From positions 1 through 15,133 of the forward strand of contig NW_021825738.1 of assembly GCF_006345805.1 (NCBI RefSeq): a stretch of DNA of 15,133 nucleotides, in the 5' to 3' direction. This DNA is from Octopus sinensis (Eukaryota). The notes below the pieces were generated by a model. That model made no database searches. It was not told the DNA's origin and saw only the letters and a list, made by a program, of their open reading frames with translations. Position 1 is the first letter of the stretch, and the number at the start of each line of letters is the position of its first letter. Positions 1 through 8,291 of the stretch are shown here, piece by piece. The translations under genes and the position numbers were made by a program.

Positions 1-83
1 CGGCAGTTTTTTCTAGCATGTCATATGAAATTGTCACCCGTAATTATGACCTTAGTATCGATCTATTGCATTTCAATCTCTTT

Positions 84-107
84 TTAGGGTTAGGGTTAGG
101 GGTGGGG
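84..107 (+). repeat. (TTAGGG)3 telomere-type repeat plus G-run; G-quadruplex consensus
   Basis: TTAGGGTTAGGGTTAGGGGTGGGG gives four G3+ tracts with 1-3 nt loops. Confidence 0.7.
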
Positions 108-353
108 AAAGGGTATCTTTTTTCTTCACAAATGTAAATAAACCCAATCTGTTTCTTAAACAAGGGACATATTCATACCGCACAGAATGTTTTCAGCTCA
201 ATAGACATCATTGATTGGTTGAAATTGCAGAAATTGAAGGAAAAAAACAACAAATATCTTACAAACTATAGAATTTTCTCAAGAAAGCCAAGAGAAAAAG
301 ATGTTTTATAAACACATTCTACCAGAATACGAAGTTTAAAAGTGTTTAGTTAC

Positions 354-764
354 TCTCTCTCTCTTTTACTCTTTTACTTGTTTCAGTCATTTGACTGCAG
401 CCATGCTGGAACACCGCCTTTAATCGAGCAATTCGACCCCGGGACTTATTCTTTTGTAAGCCCAGTACTTATTCTATAGGTCTCTTTTGTCAAACCGCTA
501 AGTTATGGGGACGTAAACACACCAGCATCGGTTGTCAAGCAATGCTAGGGGGACAAACACAGACACACAAACACACACACACATATATATATATACATAT
601 ATACGACAGGCTTCTTTCAGTTTCTGTCTACCAAATCTACTCCCAAGGCTTTGGTTGGCCCGAGGCTATAGTAGAAGACACTTGCCCAAGGTGCCACACA
701 GTGGGACTGAACCCAAAACCATGTGGTTGGTAAACAAGCTACTTACCACACAGCCACTCCTACG
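354..764 (-). mobile_element. tRNA-headed CORE-like SINE (family A), near full length
   Basis: Minus strand has box A TGGCTGTGTGG, box B GGTTCAGTCCC, CORE-like ACCTTGGGCAAGT, an internal (TA)/(TG) microsatellite, and a tail of the CAGCATGG...CAGTCAAATGACTGAAACAAG(TAAAAGAG)n type. Confidence 0.9.
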
Positions 765-871
765 TGGAAATTATTTTTAAAAACTGCCATTCAAACCGAA
801 AAGATCCAATGTCATTTATAAATGAGTAACCCGGATACGTTTATTTAAATACCTACAAACACATTTAAATA

Positions 872-1050
872 GGCGTAGGAGTGGCTTTGTGTTAAGTACC
901 TTGGTTACAAACCCCATGGTTCCGAGTTTAGTCCCACTGCGTGGCACCTTGGGCAAGTGTCTTCTACTACAGCCTCTATTGCCGACCAAACCCTTGTGAG
1001 TGGATTTGGTAGATGGAAACTGAAAGAAGCCCATCGTATATATGTATATT

Positions 1051-1092
<42 letters not shown>

Positions 1093-1300
1093 GTCTGTGT
1101 TTGTCACCCCCCCCAACATCGCTTGACAACCGATGCTGGTGTGTTTATGTCCCCATAACTTTGCAATTCAGCAAAAGAGACAGATAGAATAAGTACTAGG
1201 CTTACAAAGAATAAGTCATGGGGTCGATTTGCTTGACTAAAGGCAGTGCTCCAGCATGGCCACAGTCAAATGATTGAAACAAGTAAAACAGTAAAAGAGT
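872..1300 (+). mobile_element. Family A SINE, full length
   Basis: GGCGTAGGAGTGGC head, ACCTTGGGCAAGT, internal (TG)n, GTAAAAGAG tail; head-to-head with the 354-764 copy. Confidence 0.9.
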
Positions 1301-1417
1301 TTACACACACTCGCACACCACACACACAGACACACACATATATGTATATATGTATGTATATATATATATAAATTGATCAAAATAAAAATAAAAATAAAAA
1401 CATGAGGCGAAGGATTC

Positions 1418-1497
1418 AGCGGTACATATGTTTCGGGCCTTTATTAGACAGATACATAACAAATCATAATGTATGTCTGTGGCCTTCTTCAGCCGCT
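1418..1497 (-). ncRNA. Type I minimal hammerhead ribozyme (identical mirror of 1770-1849)
   Basis: Exact reverse complement of 1770-1849. CUGAAGA at 1492-1486, GAAA at 1434-1431, GUA triplet at 1425-1423. Confidence 0.75.
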
Positions 1498-1769
1498 CAC
1501 AACAGCTTCCACAAGGACATGTGTTAGTTCCGAAATACTTGGCTGGGGATGCAAATCTTCTCGTTCCCGTACGACAAAATGCGGCAGCAGCATCGAATTG
1601 AATCGTCCATCTCCCTCTTCTCTCAATGTAGCTACATTGAGGGAAGAGGGAGATGGACGATTCAATTCGATGCTGCTGCCGCATTTTGTCGTACGGACGG
1701 GAAGAAGAAGATTTGCATCCCCAGCCAAGAATTTCGGAACTAACACATGTCCTTGTGGAAGCTGTTGTG

Positions 1770-1849
1770 AGCGGCTGAAGAAGGCCACAGACATACATTA
1801 TGATTTGTTATGTATCTGTCTAATAAAGGCCCGAAACATATGTACCGCT
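1770..1849 (+). ncRNA. Type I minimal hammerhead ribozyme with palindromic stem III
   Basis: Stem I AGCGG(1770-74)/CCGCU(1845-49); core CUGAAGA (1775-81); stem II GGCC(1783-86)/GGCC(1828-31) with extended ACAG/CUGU-type pairing; GAAA (1833-36); stem III AC-[AUAU]-GU; cleavage predicted after GUA (A1844). The 10.1-11.1 position is A.C, or A1782 is an inserted base. Confidence 0.75.
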
Positions 1850-2038
1850 GAATCCTTCGCCTCATGTTTTTATTTTTATTTTTATTTTGATCAATTTACT
1901 CCACCACCTACACCACCTAACGGTATACACAGGTGCTTATAATTATCAAGTACTCACCCCGAATTTCTACACTCAACTATATATATATATATATATGTAT
2001 AAATGTAGATATACATATATATGTATGTATATATATAT

Positions 2039-2475
2039 CATCATCATCATCATCATCATCATCATTTAACATCCACTTTCCATGCTAGCATGGGTTGGAC
2101 GGTTCAACTGGGGTCTGGGAAGCCAGAAGGCTGCGCCAGACCCAGCCTGATCTGGCAATGTTTCTACGGCTGGATGCCCTTCCTAACGCCAACCACTCTG
2201 TGAGTGTAGTGGGTGCTTTTTACGTGCCACCGGCACAGGTGCCAGGGGAGGCTAGCAACGGCCACGATCTGTTGGTCCTTTTACTTGCCACCGGCACAGG
2301 TGCCAGGCAAGGCTGGCAGCGGCCATGATCGGTTGGTGCATTTTACATGCCACCGGCACGGAAGCCAGTCAAGGCAGCGCTGGCATCGGCCACATTCGGA
2401 TGGTGCTTTTTACGTGCCACCATACAGGTATCACAACTACAATTTCCATTGATTTTGATGTTGATGTATTTGACT
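2039..2475 (-). mobile_element. Family C retroposon (SINE-like) with (GAT)n tail and 4 internal minisatellite units
   Basis: (CAT)n at 2039-2063 is the minus-strand tail. Body motif GGTTGGCGTTAGGAAGGGCATCCAGC and GTGCCGGTGGCAC-type units are shared with 5692-7240. Confidence 0.85.
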
Positions 2476-2611
2476 AATCACACTGGATAAATCCCACCAA
2501 TAGAATTATATAAACAGAAGCGATCGGGCACAGGGAGCGGGGCTAAAAAGTCATTAATTTTCAAATTTTTATTTTTTATAAAGCATAAATGTGTTTATGG
2601 TGAAAGATATA

Positions 2612-2877
2612 GGCGCAGGAGTGGCTGTGTTGTAAGTAGCTTGTTTACCAACCACATGGTTCCGGGTTCAGTCCCACTGCATGGCACCTTGGGCAAGTGT
2701 CTTCTACTATAGCCTCGGGCCGACCAAAGCCTTGTGAGTGGATTTGGTAGACGGAAACTGAAAGAAGCCCGTCGTATACATGTATATATAAATGTATGTG
2801 TGTGTATGTGTTTGTCCTCCCAACATCGCTTGACAACCGATGCTGGTGTGTTTACATCCCCGTAACTTAGCGGTTCG
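2612..2877 (+). mobile_element. Family A SINE, 3'-truncated
   Basis: Head, CORE-like segment and internal microsatellite present; stops after TTAGCGGTTCG. Confidence 0.88.
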
Positions 2878-2879
2878 TA

Positions 2880-2940
2880 ACTAATTGGTAAAATCATTAA
2901 TTATTAATTAATTAATTAATTTTACCCTTTATTATTATTG
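2880..2940 (-). repeat. AT-rich repeat fragment related to 14105-14161
   Basis: Its reverse complement contains AAAGGGTAAAATTAATTAAT...TTTTACCAA, resembling AAAGGGTAAAATTAATTAAT...TTTCACCAA at about 14115-14158. Low complexity limits certainty. Confidence 0.45.
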
Positions 2941-3640
2941 ATTATATATATATATAATAATATTAGGGAGTATAACTCCAAACTTACAGGGAAAAATTCA
3001 GTTTAGTATTAAATTAAATTTCACAGTATAGAGATATAAAATATGAATTAGAGATAAAACCACTATTATGCAAATCAAGCAGTGATAGACATAAACCAAT
3101 ACATAAATAATTTAATTTTTAAATGTATTTCATGAATATATTATATTGATATTTATAATATTTATGTAAGTAATAATGGACTAATTAATTCATTTATTTT
3201 TCATTACATGTCTTTGTATTTATTGATAGAGTAAATTTTAGATTTTAATTACTATATTTGTTGATTATAATTTAGATAGTTATTTTTAAATATTTTATAA
3301 TTATTAGATGTGAACTTAAATTTAAAAATATGAATAGTGATTATTTTGTTAAATAATTTGGTAATTAAATATTGGACTATAACTGAGTTAAGGATATTCG
3401 AGAGTTTATTATGTTTTTTTTAAAGCTATATTATATCTTCATAGATAAATACATATTTCTATCTATTTTTTTTACCTTAAAAATAAATATTTAACATAAT
3501 AAATATGTTGTAGGAAATAATCCTAATGATTTAAGTTTCTAATTTAGATAATGGAGTTTTTTCTATAAGAGAAATTATTATTTTATTTATTTCTTAAATA
3601 GATATTGTTTAACTCTATTTGCTTATTTATTTAACTATTA

Positions 3641-3748
3641 TCATTAACCTGAAGATTGACTATAATTTTAATTTGAATTTATTTCAATTGAATTTAAACT
3701 TAATTGTAATTCGAATTTAGTTATAGCCATGAAACGTACCTTAGTGTT
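3641..3748 (+). ncRNA. Degenerate hammerhead-like relic, probably inactive
   Basis: CTGAAGA (3649-55), then a long imperfect hairpin (TGACTATAA/TTATAGCCA; AATTTGAATT/AATTCGAATT), then GAAA (3731-34) and ACGTACCT, one change from the palindrome ACGTACGT. No valid NUH/stem I. Confidence 0.4.
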
Positions 3749-3790
3749 CTTACTTATATTATATTTATAATTTATTTAATACTTTTTGAA

Positions 3791-4580
3791 ATATATATAC
3801 ATATATATATATATAAATACATATTATATTAATTATATATATTATTTGTTATTTGTGTATTGGTTTACATCCATCACTGTTTGAGTTACATAATAGTGGT
3901 TTTATAAGAGATTCATATTTTATGTATATATATGTGTGTGTGTGTGTATAATATATATATATATATATCTTTTTCTCTTTTCTCTTTTACTTGTTTCAGT
4001 CATTTGACTGCGGCCATGCTGGAGCACCGCCTTTAATCGAGCAACTTGACCCCAGGACTTATTCTTTTGTAAGCCCAGTACTTATTCTATCGGTCTCTTT
4101 CGCCGAACCGCTAAGTAACGGGGACATAAACACACCAGCATCGTTTGTCAAGCATGCTAGGGGACAAACACACACACGCATATATAATATATACATATAT
4201 ATATATATAAATACATATTATATTAATTATATATATTATTTGTTATTTGTGTATTGGTTTACATCATCACTGTTTGAGTTACATAATAGTGGTTTATAAG
4301 AGATTCATATTTTATGTATATATGATGTGTGTGTGTGGGTAATATATATATAATATATATCTTTTTCTCTTTTCTCTTTTACTTGTTTCAGTCATTTGAC
4401 TTGCGGCCATGCTGGAGCACCGCCTTTAATCGAGCAACTTGACCCCAGGACTTATTCTTTTGTAAGCCCAGTACTTATTCTATCGGTCTCTTTCGCCGAA
4501 CCGCTAAGTAACGGGGACATAAAACACCCAGCATCGGTTGTCAAGCAATGCTAGGGGACAAACACACACACGCATATAAT
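3791..4580. repeat. Tandem duplication, period about 394 bp, junctions in (TA)n tracts
   Basis: AAATACATATTATATT at 3815 and 4209. Unique AT-rich DNA plus a SINE 3' half is repeated almost identically. Confidence 0.93.
3969..4185 (-). mobile_element. Family A SINE 3' half (duplicated copy)
   Basis: Tail through to the internal microsatellite only. Confidence 0.85.
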
Positions 4581-4667
4581 ATATATATACATATACGACG
4601 GGCTTCTTTCAGTTTCCGTCTACCAAATCCACTCACAAGGCTTTAGTCGGCCCGAGGCTATAGTAGA
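4361..4667 (-). mobile_element. Family A SINE, 5'-truncated
   Basis: Tail, microsatellite and body up to GGCTATAGTAGA, then (TA)n. Confidence 0.87.
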
Positions 4668-4689
4668 TATATATATATATATATATAAT

Positions 4690-5135
4690 AATTAATCAAT
4701 TTTTCCCACTGGGCCGCTGGTGGCAAAAAAATTCGACAAAACTTTTCTTGCCACCCTATATTGATTAATTATGAATTTTTTGGTTAATTCCGTAAGGGAA
4801 TCGACGGCTTATATTTATTTGCTGCCGATAAATTTGGCGCGAGTGCGACGATTTGAAAATTTTAGGTCAGATATTGCCTTGGCAGGGTTGGAGATGCCTC
4901 GTGTAAATATCTGTTCCGACTTGAGCTATTTCTTGCTGAAGAATCTGAGGGCTTATGGAAGATTGGCTTGATTTAATTTAATCAGGTTAGTTTACCATTA
5001 AACAGCAGATGAAACGGTATACCGTACAAGAAATTACAGGGTAAATGTTTTTTTAATTTTCTCCTGTTTACGGAATTAATCTTTATTTGCGGTAGAAGCT
5101 TTGGCTGTTATTTCTAGTGGGTGAATGGCCTATTA
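4690..5135 (+). mobile_element. Hammerhead-bearing segment between (TA)n tracts; possible Penelope-like pseudo-LTR or retrozyme fragment
   Basis: Contains the canonical hammerhead at 4928-5034 and is bounded by TA microsatellites. Element class is inferred only from the known association of type I hammerheads with PLEs/retrozymes. Confidence 0.45.
4928..5034 (+). ncRNA. Canonical type I hammerhead ribozyme
   Basis: Stem I AUUUCUUG(4928-35)/CAAGAAAU(5027-34), 8 bp; core CUGAAGA (4936-42); stem II AUCUG(4943-47)/CAGAU(5006-10) closing a 58-nt insert that forms a hairpin; GAAA (5011-14); stem III A-CGG-[UAUA]-CCG-U; cleavage predicted after GUA (A5026). Confidence 0.88.
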
Positions 5136-5154
5136 TGGCCGTTCCTTAATTGTT

Positions 5155-5188
5155 GATATTATATATATTATATATATATATATATATA

Positions 5189-5243
<55 letters not shown>

Positions 5244-5250
5244 AAGAGAG
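5155..5250. repeat. Compound (TA)n-(GA)n microsatellite
   Basis: Read directly. One of many TA/CA/GA tracts in the window. Confidence 0.95.
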
Positions 5251-5691
5251 GGGGATTACATGTGGGTGTTCCTTTTTTGTGTCTGTGTGGTTATCTGTGT
5301 GGCTGTGTAAACGGATATCTTTAACAACGGTGGGGTGGTAACGTATGAGTAAGGTATTTGCTTTTTGTTGACTGTTCGTTAACGGTGGCAATAATTATAG
5401 TCCTGGCGTTGTTGCTGTTGTTGCTGTTGCTGTTGCTATTGCTTACTAATACCTGCTGAAAGCAACATGTATGCACATGTTGTATGCGTAAACATATGTA
5501 ACAATACAAGCAAATATGTGAATATGTGTGTATGTGTGTATGTGTGTGTGTATAACGGTGTGCTTTGATGGACATATTTATATATAATATATAATATATA
5601 TATATATATAATATATATATATATAATATATATATACATATATATATGTGTGTGTGTGTGTGTACGTATGTAAGTATGTATGTATGTGTGT

Positions 5692-7070
5692 GTGCCGGTG
5701 GGACATAAAAAGCACCATCCGAACGTGACCGATGCCAACCCCGCCTCGAATGGCTTCTGTGCCGGTGACACATAAAAAGCACCATCCAAACGAGTGCAGC
5801 CTCCACTGGCTTCTGTGCCGGTGGCACATAAAAAGCACTATTCGATCGTGACCGATGCCAACCCCGCCTCGAATGGCTTCTGTGCCGGTGGCACATAAAA
5901 AGCACCATCCGAACGTGGCCAATGCCAGCACCGCCCCGACTGGCTTCTGTGCCGGTGGCACATAAAAAGCACCATCCGAACGTGACTGATGCCAACGCCG
6001 CCTCGAATGGCTTCTGTGCCGGTGGCACATGAACATCGAACCAAATATCAATGGAAACAGTAGTTGTGATACCTGTGCCGGTGACGCATAAAAAGCACCA
6101 TCCAAACGAGTGCAGCCTCCACGGGCTTCTGTGCCGGTGGCACATAAAAAGCACTATTCGATCGTGACCGATGCCAACCCCGCCTCGAATGGCTTCTGTG
6201 CCGGTGGCACATAAAAAGCACCATCCGAACGTGGCCAATGCCAGCACCGCCCCGACTGGCTTCTGTGCCGGTGGCACATAAAAAGCACCATCCGAGCGTG
6301 GCCGATGCCAGCACCACCTCGACTGGCTTCTGTGCCGGTGGCACATAAAAAGCACCATCCGAACGTGACTGATGCCAACCCCGCCTCGAATGGCTTCTGT
6401 GCCGGTGGCACATGAACATCGAACCAAATATCAATGGAAACAGTAGTTGTGATACCTGTGCCGGTGACTCATAAAAAGCACCATCCAAACGAGTGCAGCC
6501 TCCACTGGCTTCTGTGCCGGTGGCACATAAAAAGCACTATTCGATCGTGACCGATGCCAACCCCGCCTCGAATGGCTTCTGTGCCGGTGGCACATAAAAA
6601 GCACCATCTGAAAGTGGCCGATGCCAGCACCGCCTCAACTGGCTTCTGTGCTGGTGGCACATAAAAAGCACCAACCGATCATGGGATCCCGGAACATCTT
6701 GCTGTGCTTGAGGAGACCTGTTAAGTCAAGTGCATGTACATGAATATCGAACCAAATATCAATGGAAACAGTAGTTGTGATACCTGTTCCGGTGACACAT
6801 AAAAAGCACCATCCGAACGTGGCCGTTGCCAGTGCAGCCTCCACTGGCTTCTGTGCCGATGGCACATAAAAAGCACCATCCGAACGTGACCGATGCCAAC
6901 CCTGCCTCGAATGGCTTCTGTGCCGGTGGCACATAAAAAGCACCATCCGAACGTGGCCGATGCCAGCACCACCTTGACTGGCTTCTGTGCCGGTGGCACA
7001 TAAAAAGCACCAACCGATCGTGGCCGATGCCAGACCCCTCTGGCACCTGTGCAGGTGGCACGTAAAAAGC
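5692..7070. repeat. 21-unit minisatellite with higher-order structure (units mostly 67 bp; also 56, 59, 62 and 138 bp)
   Basis: Anchor GTGCCGGTGGCAC (or a close variant) at 5692, 5759, 5815, 5882, 5949, 6016, 6075, 6131, 6198, 6265, 6332, 6399, 6458, 6514, 6581, 6648, 6786, 6853, 6920, 6987 and 7049. Confidence 0.95.
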
Positions 7071-7240
7071 ACCCACTACACTCGCGGAGTGGTTGGCGTT
7101 AGGAAGGGCATCCAGCTGTAGAAACACTGCCAGATCAGACTGGAGCCTGGGGCAGCCCCTGGCTCCCCAGACCCCAGTCGAACCGTCCAACCCGTGCTAG
7201 CGCGGAAAAACGGACGTTAAACGATGATGATGATGATGAT
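5692..7240 (+). mobile_element. Family C retroposon with greatly expanded internal array and (GAT)n tail
   Basis: The 3' part (7070-7240) matches the 2039-2475 copy in opposite orientation and ends GGACGTTAAACGATGATGATGATGATGAT. Confidence 0.85.
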
Positions 7241-7249
7241 ATATATATT

Positions 7250-7293
<44 letters not shown>

Positions 7294-7296
<3 letters not shown>

Positions 7297-7445
7297 GGCA
7301 TGGCTGTGTGGTTAGGGAGCTTGCTTCCTAGCAACATGTTTTCGGGTTCAGTCCCACTGCGCGGCACTTTGGGTAGGTGTCTTCCACTATAGCCCCGAGC
7401 CGACCGGAGCTTTGCGATTGCATTCGGTAGGTGGAAGTTACTGCC
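7294..7445 (+). mobile_element. Diverged family A-related SINE 5' portion
   Basis: TGGCTGTGTGG box A, GGTTCAGTCCC box B, decayed CORE-like segment. Confidence 0.7.
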
Positions 7446-7673
7446 GTGTGTGTATATGTGCGTGTAGGTGCTTGTGCTTCTCCGAAAGAGTGAGAGGGAT
7501 ATATATGTCTTCAAGTCTATTTTTAATGTCACTACATTATAATAATTATAATCGGTTCAGACATTGAATCCGCTCATATGTAATGTGTTAAAATGTTTTC
7601 ATAACTGATATTTATATGAAGTGTGTGTGTGTGTGTGTAAATATAAGTTTATGTCTGCATATAAATATGTATA

Positions 7674-8044
7674 GGCATAGGAGTGGCCGTGTGGTAAGTA
7701 GCTTGCTTACCAACCACATGGTTCCAGGTTCAGTCCCACTGCATGGCACCTTGGGCAAGTGTCTTCTACTATAGGCTTGGGCCGGCAAAAGCTTTTGGTA
7801 GACAGAAACTGAATGAAGCCCATCGTATATATGTATGTGTGTGTGTGTGTGTGTCTGTGTTTGTCCCCCCAACATCGCTTGACAACCGATGCTGGTGTGT
7901 TTATGTCCCCGAAACTTAGCGGTTCGGCAAAAGTACTCAGCTTACATAGAATAAGTCCTGGGGTCGATTTGCTCGACTAAAGGCGGTGCTTCAGTATGGC
8001 CACAGTCAAAAAATGGCTGAAACAAATAAAAGAGTAAAAGAGTA
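7674..8044 (+). mobile_element. Family A SINE with internal deletions
   Basis: Head, CORE-like segment, (TG)n and tail all present. Confidence 0.88.
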
Positions 8045-8080
8045 CACGCACACGCACACTCACCGGGTTGGTGAAAACTT

Positions 8081-8291
8081 CAGAGTTTTCACCTCAATAG
8101 ATGTCATTGATTGGTTGAAATTGCAGAAATTGAAGGAAAAAACAACAAATATCTTACAAACTATAGAATTTTCTCAAGAAAGCCTAGAGAAAAGATGTTT
8201 TGTAAAAACATTTTACCAGTATACGAAGTTTAAAATTTTTTAGTTACATAGAAATTATTTTTAAAAACTGCCGTTCAAACCGAAAAGATCC
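8081..8291. mobile_element. Right-end fragment of the 1-807 element
   Basis: Aligns to 190-353 plus 765-807 and ends AAAACTGCCGTTCAAACCGAAAAGATCC. Confidence 0.85.

Larger units (their letters stand above)
1..807. mobile_element. Non-autonomous element with terminal inverted repeat (left end cut by window), interrupted by a SINE at 354-764
   Basis: Window starts CGGCAGTTTT, the reverse complement of AAAACTGCC(A/G) in the right terminus AAAACTGCCATTCAAACCGAAAAGATCC ending at 807. 190-353 plus 765-807 align to an uninterrupted copy at 8081-8291. No ORF; superfamily not determinable. Confidence 0.65.
1369..1898. repeat. 530-bp spacer-less palindrome (fold-back element) carrying two hammerhead ribozymes
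   Basis: Symmetry centre between 1631 and 1632 (CAATGTAG|CTACATTG). Hand alignment of the arms (263 and 267 nt) gives 4 substitutions plus one 4-nt duplication (ACGGACGG, 1693-1700). TA at both outer ends. Confidence 0.97.

Noticed and set aside
84-101. True telomere or chromosome end
   Set aside because: Only three repeats, embedded in an interspersed element.
872-945. tRNA gene
   Set aside because: A and B boxes are present but there is no cloverleaf, and it continues into a SINE body; the same applies to all SINE heads.
532-1187. Recurring short ORFs (MSSNARG..., ...RHLPKVP...) here and at other SINE copies
   Set aside because: Antisense/sense translations of family A SINEs.
1301-1942. 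Twin 157/165-aa ORFs on opposite strands
   Set aside because: They mirror each other only because of the palindrome and end in low-complexity sequence; no recognisable protein.
2955-3785. Mitochondrial insertion (NUMT)
   Set aside because: Very AT-rich, but I could not recognise any mitochondrial ORF, tRNA or rRNA.
4771-4971. 66-aa ORF or bacterial-looking insert
   Set aside because: Short, no motif, and it overlaps the hammerhead, which explains the region better.
5321-6427. 368-aa Cys/His-rich ORF and overlapping ORFs
   Set aside because: Translation of the minisatellite running into TA/CA microsatellites; several frames are open at once, with no domain.
5692-7070. CRISPR array
   Set aside because: The apparent spacers are homologous to each other and recur in blocks, there are no cas genes, and the array lies within a eukaryotic retroposon.
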